A stretch of DNA of 64,000 nt from Sminthopsis crassicaudata (GCF_048593235.1 NC_133621.1:9092525-9156524), one strand, 5' to 3'. Positions 1 through 14,202 are shown, numbered from the stretch's first letter. Notes: generated by a model not told the origin, from the letters alone. Numbers and translations: made by a program.

Positions 1-84
1 TAGAAGGACTGAATAGGCCCCCTTCTTTACTTTAGTTTGTATCCTCAATTCTTAGCCTAGTACTTGGCATATAACAGATGCTTA

Positions 85-461
85 NNNNNNNNNNNNNNNN
101 NNNNNNNNNNNNNNNNNNNNNNNNNNNNNNNNNNNNNNNNNNNNNNNNNNNNNNNNNNNNNNNNNNNNNNNNNNNNNNNNNNNNNNNNNNNNNNNNNNNN
201 NNNNNNNNNNNNNNNNNNNNNNNNNNNNNNNNNNNNNNNNNNNNNNNNNNNNNNNNNNNNNNNNNNNNNNNNNNNNNNNNNNNNNNNNNNNNNNNNNNNN
301 NNNNNNNNNNNNNNNNNNNNNNNNNNNNNNNNNNNNNNNNNNNNNNNNNNNNNNNNNNNNNNNNNNNNNNNNNNNNNNNNNNNNNNNNNNNNNNNNNNNN
401 NNNNNNNNNNNNNNNNNNNNNNNNNNNNNNNNNNNNNNNNNNNNNNNNNNNNNNNNNNNNN
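85..461. other. Assembly gap; other gaps at 3667-3865, 10860-11162, 25415-25674, 30732-30861, 32653-32790, 56795-56930, 60935-61072
   Basis: N runs, several next to simple repeats. Confidence 1.
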
Positions 462-629
462 CTGCCAGGGACTTCCCCTAGATCTTTTGTCACTTTTGTG
501 GAGACCATTTAACTTTTGGGCTGTCTGTTAATTATCCTTTGCCTTTATCAGGTCACTACAATCTCCTTTCTGTTCATATATCTCTATGAGGAAGTCTTTT
601 ATACCACTTGCCTTCAACTTATATCAAAT

Positions 630-780
630 ACAATTAACTAGCATTTATTAAACACCTACTGTGAACCAACCATTATGCTAAGCACTAAATCTATGAAGAA
701 ACAAAGAAAATCAAAGGTAGTCCCTGCTCTCAAAGTGTTTGTAGTGTAATAGAGAATATAGCATGGAAACAACTATGTTC
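630..780 (-). mobile_element. Representative L2 3' end; many other L2 fragments occur (about 14600, 19590, 23660, 27330, 27840, 28090, 33210, 37280, 47980, 56140, 61840, 63690)
   Basis: agcatttattaaacacctactgtg...ccctgctctcaa is the reverse complement of the L2 terminus. Confidence 0.75.
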
Positions 781-887
781 AAAAAAAGAGAAATAAATTA
801 TATATTTAATATTTCATTATATTTTACATATGTGCAGTTTCTCTGATTATAACACTAAATAAGTAGAATGAAACATTCATCATATGT

Positions 888-1066
888 TGGAGTTTTTAAC
901 TTGGGGTTCACCAATCGATGTAAATTTGGATGAGAAAAAAAATTCATTGGCCTCTAAATGAAAGTTAGTATTTCCTTCAAATTTTTTAAATGTTTGTTCT
1001 GCAATGGGATCCCTAGAAACCATTCTGACCCAGGGATCATCACACACAAAGAGTTAAGCATCTCTG
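888..1066. mobile_element. Old hAT-Charlie/MER5-like DNA transposon remnant
   Basis: Ends ttttaacttgggg ... gagttaagcatctctg resemble degenerate Charlie-type TIRs. Confidence 0.4.
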
Positions 1067-1942
1067 ATAAGAGGGATTACAGTTTTGAATCTATGGCTCA
1101 TAGTTTTGTTGTTTTCTAAAAGGGACCTTATAGGCCATAGGGCCTAAGCCCTTTAACAGCTGAGGAAAGAGTTTTTTCCTTTCTTTCTTTTTTCCTGGAA
1201 ACGTTCAATGATTTGCGACATGGGAAACAAGAGGCAGATTTAGGATTTGAATCCAGATTCTCTGACCCCAGAACCAATGGACCTCTTTTCCCTCTTTCAT
1301 GCCATCTCTTCTTTATACTATTTATATAACTGATGGACACTAGTTGATGTAGTAGATGAAAATGTTACAATAAGTGTGGTGTATTGGCAAGTTTGAAGGC
1401 ATGCTAACCACAGAACACATAGCATATCTTTGCAGTGACTTCCCTCCTTGTCTGCTTGTGGTGTCCAAACTCCCCTAATTCTTAAATTGGGCTCTCCATT
1501 TCAAATCTTGAATCATCACAGAGAAGCCAGACAAGCTTTGATATTTGAATTATAAGGACATGTGCCAGATGTGCAGAAAATCCCAGAAAGTTGGGGCTTC
1601 TGGCTCACTGGCTATTTGACCTGCCCAGAAGAAACGTTAATTGGCTGCAAAAGAGCTTCTCCAGCTCTGTGGAAATGATGGTTTTCACTGGCTCAGTGTT
1701 GCTCATTCAGAGAAGATTCTATCTTTTCTGCTCATTAGGTCCAACCATACTCTTCCAAGTGGGGCTTTGTAGCCAGTGGGAATGAAGGTTCTGCTTTGTG
1801 TGGTCTGTCTACTGAAGAGTAGACTGAATTTCCCAATTAATTTTCAGAATAGTGCTTCAAAATAATTTTCAATTATCTTACACCCTGGTTCTGAGATGGG
1901 ACCCATATACTGCATTAGCCTGCCCAAGTGTCAGGAAATCTC

Positions 1943-1944
<2 letters not shown>

Positions 1945-1994
<50 letters not shown>

Positions 1995-2022
1995 CACACA
2001 CACATACACACACACACACACA
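1945..2022. repeat. Interrupted (CA)n microsatellite
   Basis: Seen directly. Confidence 0.95.
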
Positions 2023-3865
2023 TTTTTTCTTAAATTAATCCAAGTTGGCTAAGAAATCCATGTTTCTTCTAATTCCCACCATATTCATTTTCCTTAGAGG
2101 TCAGGGAATTCAGGGAAGTTGAAGAAGGAAATGGCAAACAACTTCAGTATCTTTGCCAAGACAACCCTAAATGTGGTCATAAGGAGTAGGACACAACTAA
2201 AACAACATTAGACTAGCATGTTGGATCCCAGAAGACAAAAACTACTTCTCCCCTCAGGGTTCTATGGGTAACCCAAAGACCTTGGGTTTTCCAGTACTCT
2301 TATTCTATGTGTTGTTTTCCCCAGTATCTACCAACCATTTCCTATTGATTAGCTTCTACAAAGGAGATATTTGCTGGGATGGTATAACAAGAATCTAAGT
2401 TTAAAAAGAAACTAAATAAAGTTGTATTATTTTTGAGATGCAAAAATCTTTGGAGATATGGCGTTCAACAGTTGAATACAAAAGTGGTGAGACACACAAA
2501 TAGGTGGAGGGAAGCTCTGTCTTGTACTCCTTCTCTTAGGAATCTTTTTTATTTCTTCATAGAGTCTCTATCAAGTTCTTTTTGAGGTTACAATGGTGAT
2601 GGATGAGTAACTCCCTTGGTCAGCTGAGTTGATTCCTTCCTTGGGCTATGTGTCTCAGCTGATGTGTCAACCCATTTCAGGTCTGGGTCAAGTAGGTTAC
2701 GTGACTGCTATGATAATTTCTCAGCAGACTTGGCTGCCGTTCTTAGCAGCTGCAGGTTTCAATGGGATAATTGCTGGCTTTGATCAGTCTAGAGACATCT
2801 TTGTCCCCTAAGCACTTCTCTTATAGGATGCTTCTTCACCTCTTACCAGAAAAGAAGGAGGACAAAAGAAATCATGAACCCCTCCCCAGATATATGACAA
2901 CCAGGTGCAAGACAGGATAGCTATTCCCCTTTCTCACCCACAATGGATCTCAACAGTTCTTCTCTTGATCATCATATGGGTCAAGAAGGAAAAATGAAAA
3001 ATGTTTAGGGTTAGGTAGGATGATTTTTAAAATGTAAACTCAGTCACCGCACAGTGAGTGCTGAGACACTGAGCCTCTGACTCTGTTCAGCCAGAAACCT
3101 CTTCCTCTCTCCACAGCACCAAGCATTCTCCAAACCTTTTGTTGGAGTAGAAGTGAGCCCAAACATATCTTCCCATATAAGCCCATGGGAGAGGCAAATA
3201 TAATCATGCTCTATGGGCAAGCCCTGAAGCTAGGTGCATATATGTACACATACAATGGTGGTTCATTGATACAGCTAGCTATTCTGTAGAGAGCTGTCAA
3301 AACAGACTCAGGAAAAAGTGGATTTAGGAAGACTTCGATTCAAATACCATTTCTTAAAATTGCAGGCTTTGTTACCACAGGAAAGTCACTTAACTTTTCA
3401 GAACCCCAAGTCACTCTCTAGGACTCTTTATTGCTATTAACATTGATGGGGGGTGGGGGGAATCATAGAATTTGAGAATTAGAAGAAGCTCCAGTGACCA
3501 GCCAGCCTACAAACACATAAAGGGAATCCCCACGATAGCATAGCTGGCAGATTCTTGTCTAGCTTCTCCTTGAACACCTCCCAGGACAGGAAACCCATGC
3601 TGACAAAATGATAGGTCCTTGATGTATGTATATATGTATTCAATTTCATGTAGTGATGAAATTGACNNNNNNNNNNNNNNNNNNNNNNNNNNNNNNNNNN
3701 NNNNNNNNNNNNNNNNNNNNNNNNNNNNNNNNNNNNNNNNNNNNNNNNNNNNNNNNNNNNNNNNNNNNNNNNNNNNNNNNNNNNNNNNNNNNNNNNNNNN
3801 NNNNNNNNNNNNNNNNNNNNNNNNNNNNNNNNNNNNNNNNNNNNNNNNNNNNNNNNNNNNNNNNN

Positions 3866-4260
3866 ATCTTTCTCTCTCTCTGTCTTTTTTCTCTCTTTCC
3901 TTCTGTCTTTCTCTCTGTCTTTTTGTCTCTCTTCATCTGTTTCTCTCTCTCTGTCTCTCTCTTTCCTTCTGTCTTTCTCTCTGTCTCTTTTTGTCTCTCT
4001 CTCAATCTTTCTCTCTCTCTGTCTTTTTTCTCTCTCTCTTTCCTTCTGTCTTTCTCTCTGTCTTTTTGTCTCTCTTCATCTGTTTCTCTCTCTCTGTCTC
4101 TCTTTCCTTCTGTCTTTCTCTTTGTTTCTTTTTGTCTCTCTCTCAATCTGTTTCTCTGTGTGTGTGTGTGTCTCTCTCTTTCCTTCTGTCTTTCTCTTAC
4201 TGTTTCTTTTTGTCTCTCTCTCAATCTGTTTCTCTCTCTCCTCACTTTCTTTCTTTCTCA
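3866..4260. repeat. CT-rich minisatellite with ~63-77 bp units, next to a gap
   Basis: tttccttctgtctttct recurs 5 times. Confidence 0.9.
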
Positions 4261-7200
4261 ACATATACACACATACACCAACACAAACCCCCATATGCAC
4301 CCACAGACACAGAGCATTAAATAATGACATTAACCACAAATTTGATCTGACCCAATGGCCAAACATACCATCCTCAATGTTTTTCATTGAAGGTTTCCTT
4401 TCACTATTTAGACATTTCCCTAAATTTGTTCAGTCATGGTCTCGAAATTGAAGAAATTTATAAATACTCTTTGTGTTTCTGTTCCTTATTTCCCTGGAGT
4501 GTTCTGAAGGGCATGACCCTGGAATATTGAGCTCCCACTAGGACTTTTTGGATAAAAGATGGATTAGGTCATCTCAAATTGGAAAGTCTGTTTGCTGTGT
4601 CAAGTCTATCTCTTTCAAGGGCAGCAGAGCTGGCAAATCAAATAAAAGAAATTTAAAATGAAAAATGGAAGATAAACACAAGTGTGTATGTACATTATAA
4701 TTCATTGGGAAAAGGAAATGAAAGCACCATTCTTGAAATGCGTCAAGAAACAAAGAGTTCTTCTCACGTCCATTGACAATATAATTTATAATCCAACCCC
4801 AGGTTTTTCTGTATTTTTCCCCTACAGTTCAGAGGTCAATGTAACTTGCAGCCTGGCCAGAGCAAAGTTTTAAATTTCATTCCTTTTTAAAAAATGTATC
4901 AAATGTAGTATATCCCTATCCCACTCAATCAGCTAACATTAAGTGCCTACTATGTCCCAGGCCATTACTGAATGACTGTTGCCATGTCCTTTTCTTGGTT
5001 GGTTTTGAATCCCTTCATATTTAATGTTCCAAACTGAGCTCCTTCAACTGCCAATATGTCTATTTCAAATCCCACTTCCCTCAATGATCCTTCTTGAGGT
5101 GATTAATAGGGCAATTATGAGTTATTACCTGGGATTTCTTTTAAACAAATAACAATATTTAGAACCAGAGCTGTAAACACTGGCAGGGCTGACTTTGACT
5201 TCCAAACACTACATGTGTAATTGAACTCAAATTAGAAGGGTCAGGCAAGGCCTTGGTAAGGGACTCTGCACTTTGTCAGATGTATTTATTCATGTGCTGA
5301 GGATTAGAATTCATAAACATTTTCAGGGTTTTTTTAAGGCAATTTCTTTCCTCTTGTTGTTCTTGGCTGGGGCCTGGCAAGGAAGGGATGCTCTGTCTCC
5401 CATGTCCTATTATCAGCAAAAATGGGTTAGTGTATAACAAAATGCAGGGGGACATCCAGGCTTTTTGTGGAGCTACAACCAATTGGCGTTGAAGAGATCA
5501 GCATGAAGGACTCCTTTCATGAAGGGAGGACATGTTTTCATCCCCAATAAAAACCATTTCCTTTCAAGTGAGCATGTTGTTCAGAAAAATCTGGCTAGTC
5601 AAATATCTTTAGTTTTTCTTTTTACTAAACATGCACAGGGTCAATGTGAAAACAATATGCTATTGGATTAACCTTTTCAGAAATTAATTTAAGCATGGCA
5701 CAGGAAATTCCTGCAGGCAACTCTTGATCTTGAAGACAGGCCAAAAAAAAATCCATTTTTAAAAGTCTCTTTTTCTTGGAAAACTCGAGCCTTTAAATGC
5801 TTTATCAATCCAATCAGGGTAGGAGAAATAATCTTGAACTTCCCCTCTAGAGGCTGCAGATACCACTTTGGTGTTTGTAAGAAATCAAAAGGATTTCCAA
5901 AACAGTAAGGGTCATTGGGTTTCCTTAGGGGCCTACAGCTACACACAAGTGGCTAACCATAAGTTTTTCAGTCTATACTTTAAAAATTGTTGAGGCTACT
6001 GAAACATTGTACCATCAGCCCTCATTTGTATTTGTGTGATACTCACCCTGCCCCTTGTTTTCAATCAAATTCTACCTACAGTTATGCAAAGCTCATTAGA
6101 AAGGCCCCGCTGGGACCTCCATGGGAGGCAATCTTCCCAAGAGGTGAGAAAAGCTTAACCAGTTGGCATTTCCATGAAATCCAAAATGAAAACAGTGAAA
6201 TCTTCCATGCAGGTAAAAAAAAAAAAAAAAGGGGGTAGGGGGTTGGGGAGTCCTGTGGAAACGTTGGCTAAGGGAGTTTAGGCCTTGGCTATTAAAAGCA
6301 CACCTGTCAAAACAAAAGAAATGACAGTTTAAGCTTGTTAGAGGGGGGGAGAAATACCAGAGACCAGGAAGCTGTTGAGATGATGATACAGAACTTAGGA
6401 CTGGAAATTCAAGGGTCCCATTTATAGAGAATAGCACACTTCCTGTTCACCTCCCTGCCTAGCCTCAAAGTCAGAACCAAAGATGTCTCCATCCCCCTCC
6501 TTATTTTTGAGGGTTTTTAACCAAATGTTGTCTCAGGTCCATTTCCCCATCATGCTTTGATTTGATCTTATAATTAGAAGTATCAGTGGAGATGAAATTA
6601 AGGCATGGTATTTTCCCTTTTCTTTCTTTTGGTTCCAAAGCTGATGAATAAGTCTCATGGCTTGACTTCCCAAAGTAGCAACAATCACCTTTATTTGGAC
6701 ATCTCAAAGATTTTATTTCCCATGTGACTCTTCAGAAATTTGTTTTTATTATAATTTAGAGAGAGGAAGTAGCCTCCTCATTCTTTCTTCTTTTAGCTTA
6801 TATATGGCATAGGTCTATTTTTTAAGGGAATAGGTGTGTATCTGACAGAATTTATGAGCTCCCAAAAAGTTAGAGCTTATGAGGAGAAAAAAGATAAGGC
6901 TGTAGGACAGACCTTCTCCATATCCTTCTCTTAGCAAGAGAGAAGTTAGAATCAGGAGGGACTCTAAGAGTCACCAAGTCTAAAGCTGTGATTTTTATAG
7001 ATGAGGAAACTGAGAAGTGATCTGGCTTACTCATCAATATTCAGCTTGAAAGTGTCAGAGTTCAAGCAAATCTCTTGGCTCAATATGTCATTTTCTGAAC
7101 ATTCAACCACATCCTTGGGGATCCTGAGAGTGTTGGTAGACAGGCACAAGTAATAACACAATAAGACTATCACAATAATATTTAAAAGGTACTGAGATGT

Positions 7201-10200
7201 GTGTCCAAGAACACTGGGAATTCTTAAAGTATCAAAACATTTTTGTCTGCTTTTCCTAGTTCCTTGGCACTGTTGGGAGGGAAGAGTGGAATAAACATTT
7301 ATATATCACCTACTGCATGCCAACCAGTATACTAAGTCCATTTTTCAAGCAGTATCTCATTTGATACTCAAAACAAATCTGTGAGGCAGAGGGAATTGGG
7401 CAAATAGAGATTAAAATACTTGAGTAGGGTCACAGAGCCAGCAATTTTCTAAGATCAGATTTAATTCTGGTCTTTCTGACTTTAGGCATGGCACGCTATA
7501 CACTGTGCCATTTAAAAGGAGAAAGATGTTCAGAATGGGTGATTTCATCAATGTGGGAAAACTCCCTTCATCAATGCAGACTGGCAGGTCTTCTGTCATT
7601 GAAACTCTCATAGAGTTAAGGCACTGAGAGGCTAGCAGGATAAATTACTTGTTAATTGTCATATAGTCAACATGAATCAGGGGCAAGACTTGAACCTGAG
7701 ACTTCCAAGATTCTACCTCTCTTTTGTATGTTTAAGAGCAACATGATAGATAGAGCTTGAATCTTCCATTGTAGCTTAATTTACCTTTCTCCATTTCCTT
7801 TTTTAAAAAAGTTCCTATTGATAGTATTATTTCTTACTAGAGTGTCAACACATCAGAAAACTTTGTCCTAAGAAAACTTTGTTGAATTATTCCCTATATT
7901 GTGACTCAGTCCCCCCAAAGATATATTAATATCTCTTTCTCCCCAGTCATTGGGGAATTCACAGTGCAGAAATAACCAGATGACTGAGGTTTGCCCCCAT
8001 TCTTTACCCACAAGGACTTGTTTGCTTTTTTATTGATTAAAAATAATTCTCAAGTACATGTAAAAAAACATGTTAAACCTCCATTTTTTTTTAATTTGAG
8101 AATATGAGTTCTAAATCCACTTTCTCCTTGAGAAGACAAACATTTTGCTAAAGATTCTACACATGTAGTCATGAGAAATGTTTTCACATTAGGGATTTTA
8201 CAAAGGAAAACACAGATTCCTCCCCCCTCCCAAAAAAAAGCCAAAACCTCAACAACAACAACAACAAATCCAAGGAAAAAGAAAGTACCAAAAAGTTCTT
8301 CAGTTTGCACTCATACACTATCAGTATATTTTTTTCACCATTTGAAAGTAGATAGAATTTTTCGACATAAGTTCTTTAGAATTTGGGGGAATTATTACAT
8401 TGCTTAAAATAATTAAATCATTCACAGTTTTCATCATACAACATTGCTATTGCTATGTACAATGATTTCCTGGTTCCCTTTATTTTACTTTATATCAATT
8501 CATGTAAAATTTCAGGTTTTTCTGAAACCATCCTGCTTGTTATTTCTTACAGCACAACATAATTCCATCACCATCATATGCTGTAAGTTGTCCATCCATT
8601 TCCCAATTGATGTACCTAGTCTCAATTTTCAATTTTTTTTAGATCACCAAAAAGACCTGCTATAAATAGTTTGCATTATAGGTCCTTTAATCATTTCTTT
8701 GATATTTTGGGGTATAGATCTGGTAGTGGTATTGTGGAAGTCAAAGGGTAAAAAGTTTTATAGCCCTTTGGGCAGAGTTCCAAATTGCTCTTCATGATTA
8801 TTGGATCAGTTCATAATTCTACCATTAATGAATTTGCATCCCAATTTTCCCATATCCCTGTCTGTCATATTTTTTTCTTAGTCATATTAGACAGGTATAA
8901 AATGGTACCTTAGAATTGTTTTAATTTGCATCCTCCTTTTTATTACTTACTGCTGTTCTATAAAGTTGAAGTTTCTGAATAAGTGATCTTTGTGTGGTTA
9001 AGTGAAAGCATTATATTTCGATTTTGGTGTAATATCAGCATGCTTAGGTTTTCTTTTTATTCAAACAGCCTAAAGAGTATATAACCTATTGATGAGAGCT
9101 CCGGTAGCATCACTTTTGTTAAATGAAAGAAGTCCAAAGGAGAGTGATTCTTGAGTCAGAAGATCTGGGTTGAAATACTGTTTTTGACATGTTCTATCTG
9201 TGTGACCTTAAGCAAGCTAATTAACTTCCATGGGATCCAGTTTCCTTATCTATAAAATTAAAGGGTTGCAGTATAAATGCACTAAGGTCTTTTTGAATTT
9301 TAAATTTCTGATTTGAAGATATCAGCAATTTTGGTGATAATGATAAGGATGAGGGTGAGGGTAGTAGTGAAGGTGATAATATTAGTACTGGTTGTTAGAA
9401 AAGGACGTGGGCCAGAAATAAAGAGACAGAGAGATATAGTAAATGGATGGCTCAAGAGCTGAACTGGTTTCATAGAATGCTGAAGAACCTATAAGAAAAG
9501 GTCCATCAAAGCTTTAGGGATCTTCTCTATGGAATAAATAAACCAATAAAAGAATATGGACAAGATTTGTACACAAGAGTCATGGATAATGTGTGATTAG
9601 ATCTTAAGGAAAGACTATCCACATGAAAGAGTCACAGATCCATTTTGGAACTCACAATTAATAACTATAACATCTATGTTGTTTGTGGATTAGCTGCAGA
9701 GATGAAAAATAATTTTAAAATTTGCAAATGAAATCTTTCTACCATAAAACTCATCGATATAGACTTGGACATAGATACAGAGTCAGAAGCTATTGAGTTC
9801 AATCCATTCATTTTAAGAGGGATAAACTGACATAGAGATTGATCAAATGATTTACTCAGCCTCACGCACCCAATAAGTACCTGAGGAATGATTTCAACTC
9901 AGGTCTTCTTGGTTCCAAGTTCAGTACTCTACCCACTTCTTCATATTGTTCCACCATGAAATCAGGAAGTTGTTGCCTACTGATTTACAAAATAGACATT
10001 ATGACTTCTCATGTCTTTATATCAATTAATCTACAAACATTTATAATTTCCTACAATGTGGAAAATCTTAAATTCTGAGGATATGAAGATTAAAAAAGGA
10101 AAATATCTGCCTCTATAGTCTCAACAAGTCATCCTTGATATATATCCTTCTGGCCTGGAGCTTCTCCAAATTTCATTTGATCCTCAAATAATGGAGAGAA

Positions 10201-12166
10201 AACATAGCCTCAGGGCTCTTTGTCCTTTAGATAAAGTCTTAGCTAGTACTTTTCTGGCACAACATTCAAGAACTTAGGGTCCATCTCATCTCAATATAAA
10301 ATGTCAGAATTTCAGGTCTAGGGGAGAGACAGGGGGAAAGGTACAAAGCCCTGATTTCCTCCTGATAAAGAAGCTCTTTCTACCAAAGAAAATCTGCAAG
10401 CATTCAATGATTTGTCAATTAGACTCTAAGGGAGGTTCCTAGCCTGCCCAGAGACATTTACTAAATATCAATGAAAAATGGAGCATTTAAAGGAGGCTGG
10501 TGACTGCACTGCCCTTCCTCATTTGAATCCAATTCAGTTTCAAGTCATGACCACCTACCTCATGTCATGGTCTTCTTCAAAAAGACAGCAATAGTAATGG
10601 CAATGTCTCTTTCCTTCTTTTACTTTCCCCTTCATATTTGCAATTCAGGTTCTTCTTCCCCATGCATATAAGTCTATCCTTATATCATATATTTTCAAAA
10701 AAAGATTCAGGATGATTATCTCTCTCACAGGGAAGATAACAATTGTTCTCTTACCTTCCTTCTGATTCAAAGAATTTCTAGGGAAATATTCCCTGAAGGT
10801 TTGAAGTGGGATATTTGGATGGAAGGAAGGGAGAAACACACATAGAGAGAGATAGGGAGNNNNNNNNNNNNNNNNNNNNNNNNNNNNNNNNNNNNNNNNN
10901 NNNNNNNNNNNNNNNNNNNNNNNNNNNNNNNNNNNNNNNNNNNNNNNNNNNNNNNNNNNNNNNNNNNNNNNNNNNNNNNNNNNNNNNNNNNNNNNNNNNN
11001 NNNNNNNNNNNNNNNNNNNNNNNNNNNNNNNNNNNNNNNNNNNNNNNNNNNNNNNNNNNNNNNNNNNNNNNNNNNNNNNNNNNNNNNNNNNNNNNNNNNN
11101 NNNNNNNNNNNNNNNNNNNNNNNNNNNNNNNNNNNNNNNNNNNNNNNNNNNNNNNNNNNNNNAGAAGGAGGGCGAGAGGGAGGTAGAAAGAGGGAGGGGG
11201 AGAGGAGGAGAGACAGGGGGGAATATTCAGTATTTTCTTTTTCATTCTGAGAGGAACTGAAGAGGGTAAGTTATTTGGACTGTTTTATGTAGTTAATCCT
11301 TTACTTTTTAAAAAAAGATTATCAAATTTTGGTTCTGGGATACAGCTCAGCCAAGATTGTTTCCTGCCCTGTATACTCGCAAAACTGCAAGAGTTCATTT
11401 TTTGCTATAAACCCTGTAATCAGAAGGTACCATCTACTGGGAAATTTCTATGAACCAGAAGGAATGCTACTAAGCATCAGATGGGAATAAGCAATGGAAA
11501 GACTAAATGTTAGGGACTTGCTTTGACTTCTTGGCCAAGCTACTGATGCTTCTTTTCCTTTTCCCTATATATGACCTCACAAGTTCTGAATAACGAGGTT
11601 GTTGGCTTTGTATAAATCATGGAAGGGTGATAGGAGAGCAGAGTGTATGTTTCAATTTTTTTTCCCAAGAGCTAAAAGTAGAAAAGGTTGTTTTGTTGTT
11701 CTTTATAGATATTTCAAAACTTTGGTTTCTCTGGCATTCACACCTTTGGTTAGTGATTTTTTTTCTTCTGACCTGGTTTTCAACTGAGCAGTTTCCAGGG
11801 TTGAGTTCCAAGCAATGGAGAGGAAGTATTACTGGCATCTAATGAAAATTAGGGAAGATATCATATGAATTTTACTCCTAAGACTGATTGTAGCGTGTGC
11901 AATTTATGTGGAAGACAATGAAGATAGCATAAGAAGATCTAAATATAGTTTCAGATGTGTCATAGATGAATAAATCACATTTTTTGGTATGTGTTCAAAT
12001 TAAACTTTCAGAAAACTAACTCATTTCTGGTTTTTCCAAAGCAGAATAAGTTATTCATGTATTAACATGAATGTTATGGAATATTATTGTTCTTTAAGAA
12101 ATGATCAGCAGAATGATTTCAGAATTTCTTCTCCTTCTACTCCCAAAGCATGAGTGTCCCCCAATA

Positions 12167-12426
12167 CCCGATTTCTTAAACTGTGGGTCGAGACTGTTTA
12201 TATGGTCATGTAACTGACTGTACATCTACTTCATAAAAATAAAGACTGACAATGGAGCCTTAGGGCATATGTGATAGGCATATGAAATTGATATACAAAT
12301 CAAATATTTACTGATAATAAATCACAATTTCATGATGCCCACATTCAGTTACAGAGAAGGGTGGAGCTACATAAAATTTTCTCAGGTGAAAAGGTGTCAC
12401 AAGTGGAAAAAGTTTAAGAAACCCTA
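12167..12426. mobile_element. hAT-Charlie-type MITE, internally rearranged
   Basis: Imperfect TIRs tttcttaaact / agtttaagaaa. The body resembles a recalled marsupial Charlie MITE consensus. No clear 8-bp TSD. Confidence 0.65.
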
Positions 12427-13375
12427 CCCTAAGGCTCCATTGTCAGTCTTTTTTTTATAGCTCCACCCTTCTGGCTTCTTTCTCCTAAACCCCTAAACAA
12501 GTTCCTTCTAAACCCTCATTTTGAGAAAGGACTTAAGCCAGACATCCTTTATTCATCTCCCACAAAAAAAAATGAAATACAATACAAATATAAAGTGAAA
12601 AATCTCCAGTCATCTCAAGGAGCTCCAATGAAGCATCCTGCATCATATAAATATATATATATATACATGTTCCATGCAGAGTGAATGAAGGGGACTCTTA
12701 AAGAAGAGGAAGGAGAACATCCCAGGCTGGGAAAGCAGACAATGCAAAGGCATGGGGATGGAAGATAGAGCATCACTTGAAGAAGGGAGGAAAATGTGAG
12801 GAAATTGGAAAGATAGAGAGGGGTGAGAACTTTCAATGCCAAACCAAAGAGTTGAATTTTTGTTCAAGAGTTACTAGGAAACTCCTACAGTTTATTGACT
12901 GTGAAGTGGGGTGAGGGGAACACGGTCAATCCTACACTATTCAAATCATGATATTGGGTGTATGGAGGAAATATAGAATCAGAGAGAACATGCATATAAC
13001 TGTATAAACAGCATGGTTCAGGTTTCTGCACAAAAGCAAAAGGCAATGAAACTGTTGTTGACTTTCCTAAACCTAAATTTTTGTCAAACACATATAAGAA
13101 TGTACAGAGTATCATAAGATACTTTGAATGTCTTCATAATTTAGTATTTACTGATAAACCCTCTAGCAATCGTGTCTTTGACTGCTGGCAGTTGATTTTA
13201 AATAATACACAAGCAAAGCAATTCTAACATTTTGTAGGGTCCCCAAATTTACTTTTGGGAATAATTCATTGGATTAATTTATTTTGGAGGTTCTTCTGCA
13301 GAAGAGAAGACATGGGGTGACGGTCATAGCTGTTTTTTTTCCCCTTTGAAGAACCATCCTGCAGAAGGGAGATTT

Positions 13376-14148
13376 GATGATAAATGTTGGAGGGGATGTG
13401 GGAAAACTGGGACACTAATACATTGTTGGTGGAGTTGTGAACTTATTTAACCATTCTGGAGAGCAATTTGAAACTATGCTCAAAGGGCTATGAAACTGTG
13501 CACATCTTTTGATCCACCAGTGTCTCTACTGGGCCTGTATCCCAAAGAGATCATAAAAAGGGACCCACATGTACAAAAATGTTTGTAGCAGCCATTTTTG
13601 CAATGGCAAGGACCTAGAAACTAAATGAATACTCATCATTTGGAGAATAGCAGAATAAGTAATAGTATATGAATGTTTTGGAATATTATTGTTCTTTAAG
13701 AAATAATCAGCAGAATGATTTTAGAAAGGCCTATAGAGAATTATGAACTTATGCTAAGTGAAATGAGTAGAACCAAGAGAACATTGTACATAGCAATAGC
13801 AAGATTATGCAGCGATCAATTTTGAAAGATGTGAAGAGAGAGGATTGTTGGGAATTAATGTGGACCACAACATAATGGTTTTACTTTTTTGTTTTAGTTT
13901 GCTTGGTTTTTGGTTTTCTTTCTCATGTTTTTTTTTCCTTTTTGATCTGATTTTTCTTGTGCTGTATGATTACAGCGGAAATATGTTCATAAGAATTGCA
14001 CATGTTTAACATATATTGGATTACTGCAGACTAGGACAAGGAATGGGGAGAAAGGATGGAAAAATTTTGGAACCCAAGGTTTTGCAAGGGTAAATGTTGA
14101 AAATTATGTTTAAATATATTTTGAACATAAAAAACTACTACTAAAAAA
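13376..14148 (+). mobile_element. L1 3' fragment (ORF2 C-terminus plus 3' UTR)
   Basis: aaatgttggaggggatgtgggaaaactgggacactaatacattgttggtggag is typical L1 ORF2 end sequence; A-rich tail. Confidence 0.9.
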
Positions 14149-14185
14149 AGACAAATTGACTTGTCCCCCTGTCACCAGAAAAAAG

Positions 14186-14202
14186 CAAACAACAACAACA
14201 AT

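Noticed and set aside
3619-4451. The longest ORFs in the track (199-233 aa)
   Set aside because: They are translations of the CT minisatellite and an N gap; the S/L/F or R/E/K composition is a repeat artefact.
5521-5534. gaagggaggacatg resembling the LEGGHD-coding exon expected upstream
   Set aside because: It reads KGGHV, the flanks do not match and there are no suitable splice sites; the true exon is probably upstream of the window or in a gap.
11252-11271. 14-nt micro-exon-like signal ending AGG|gtaagt
   Set aside because: The acceptor would be GAG, it sits beside a GA repeat and gap, and class IIa HDACs have no matching peptide here.
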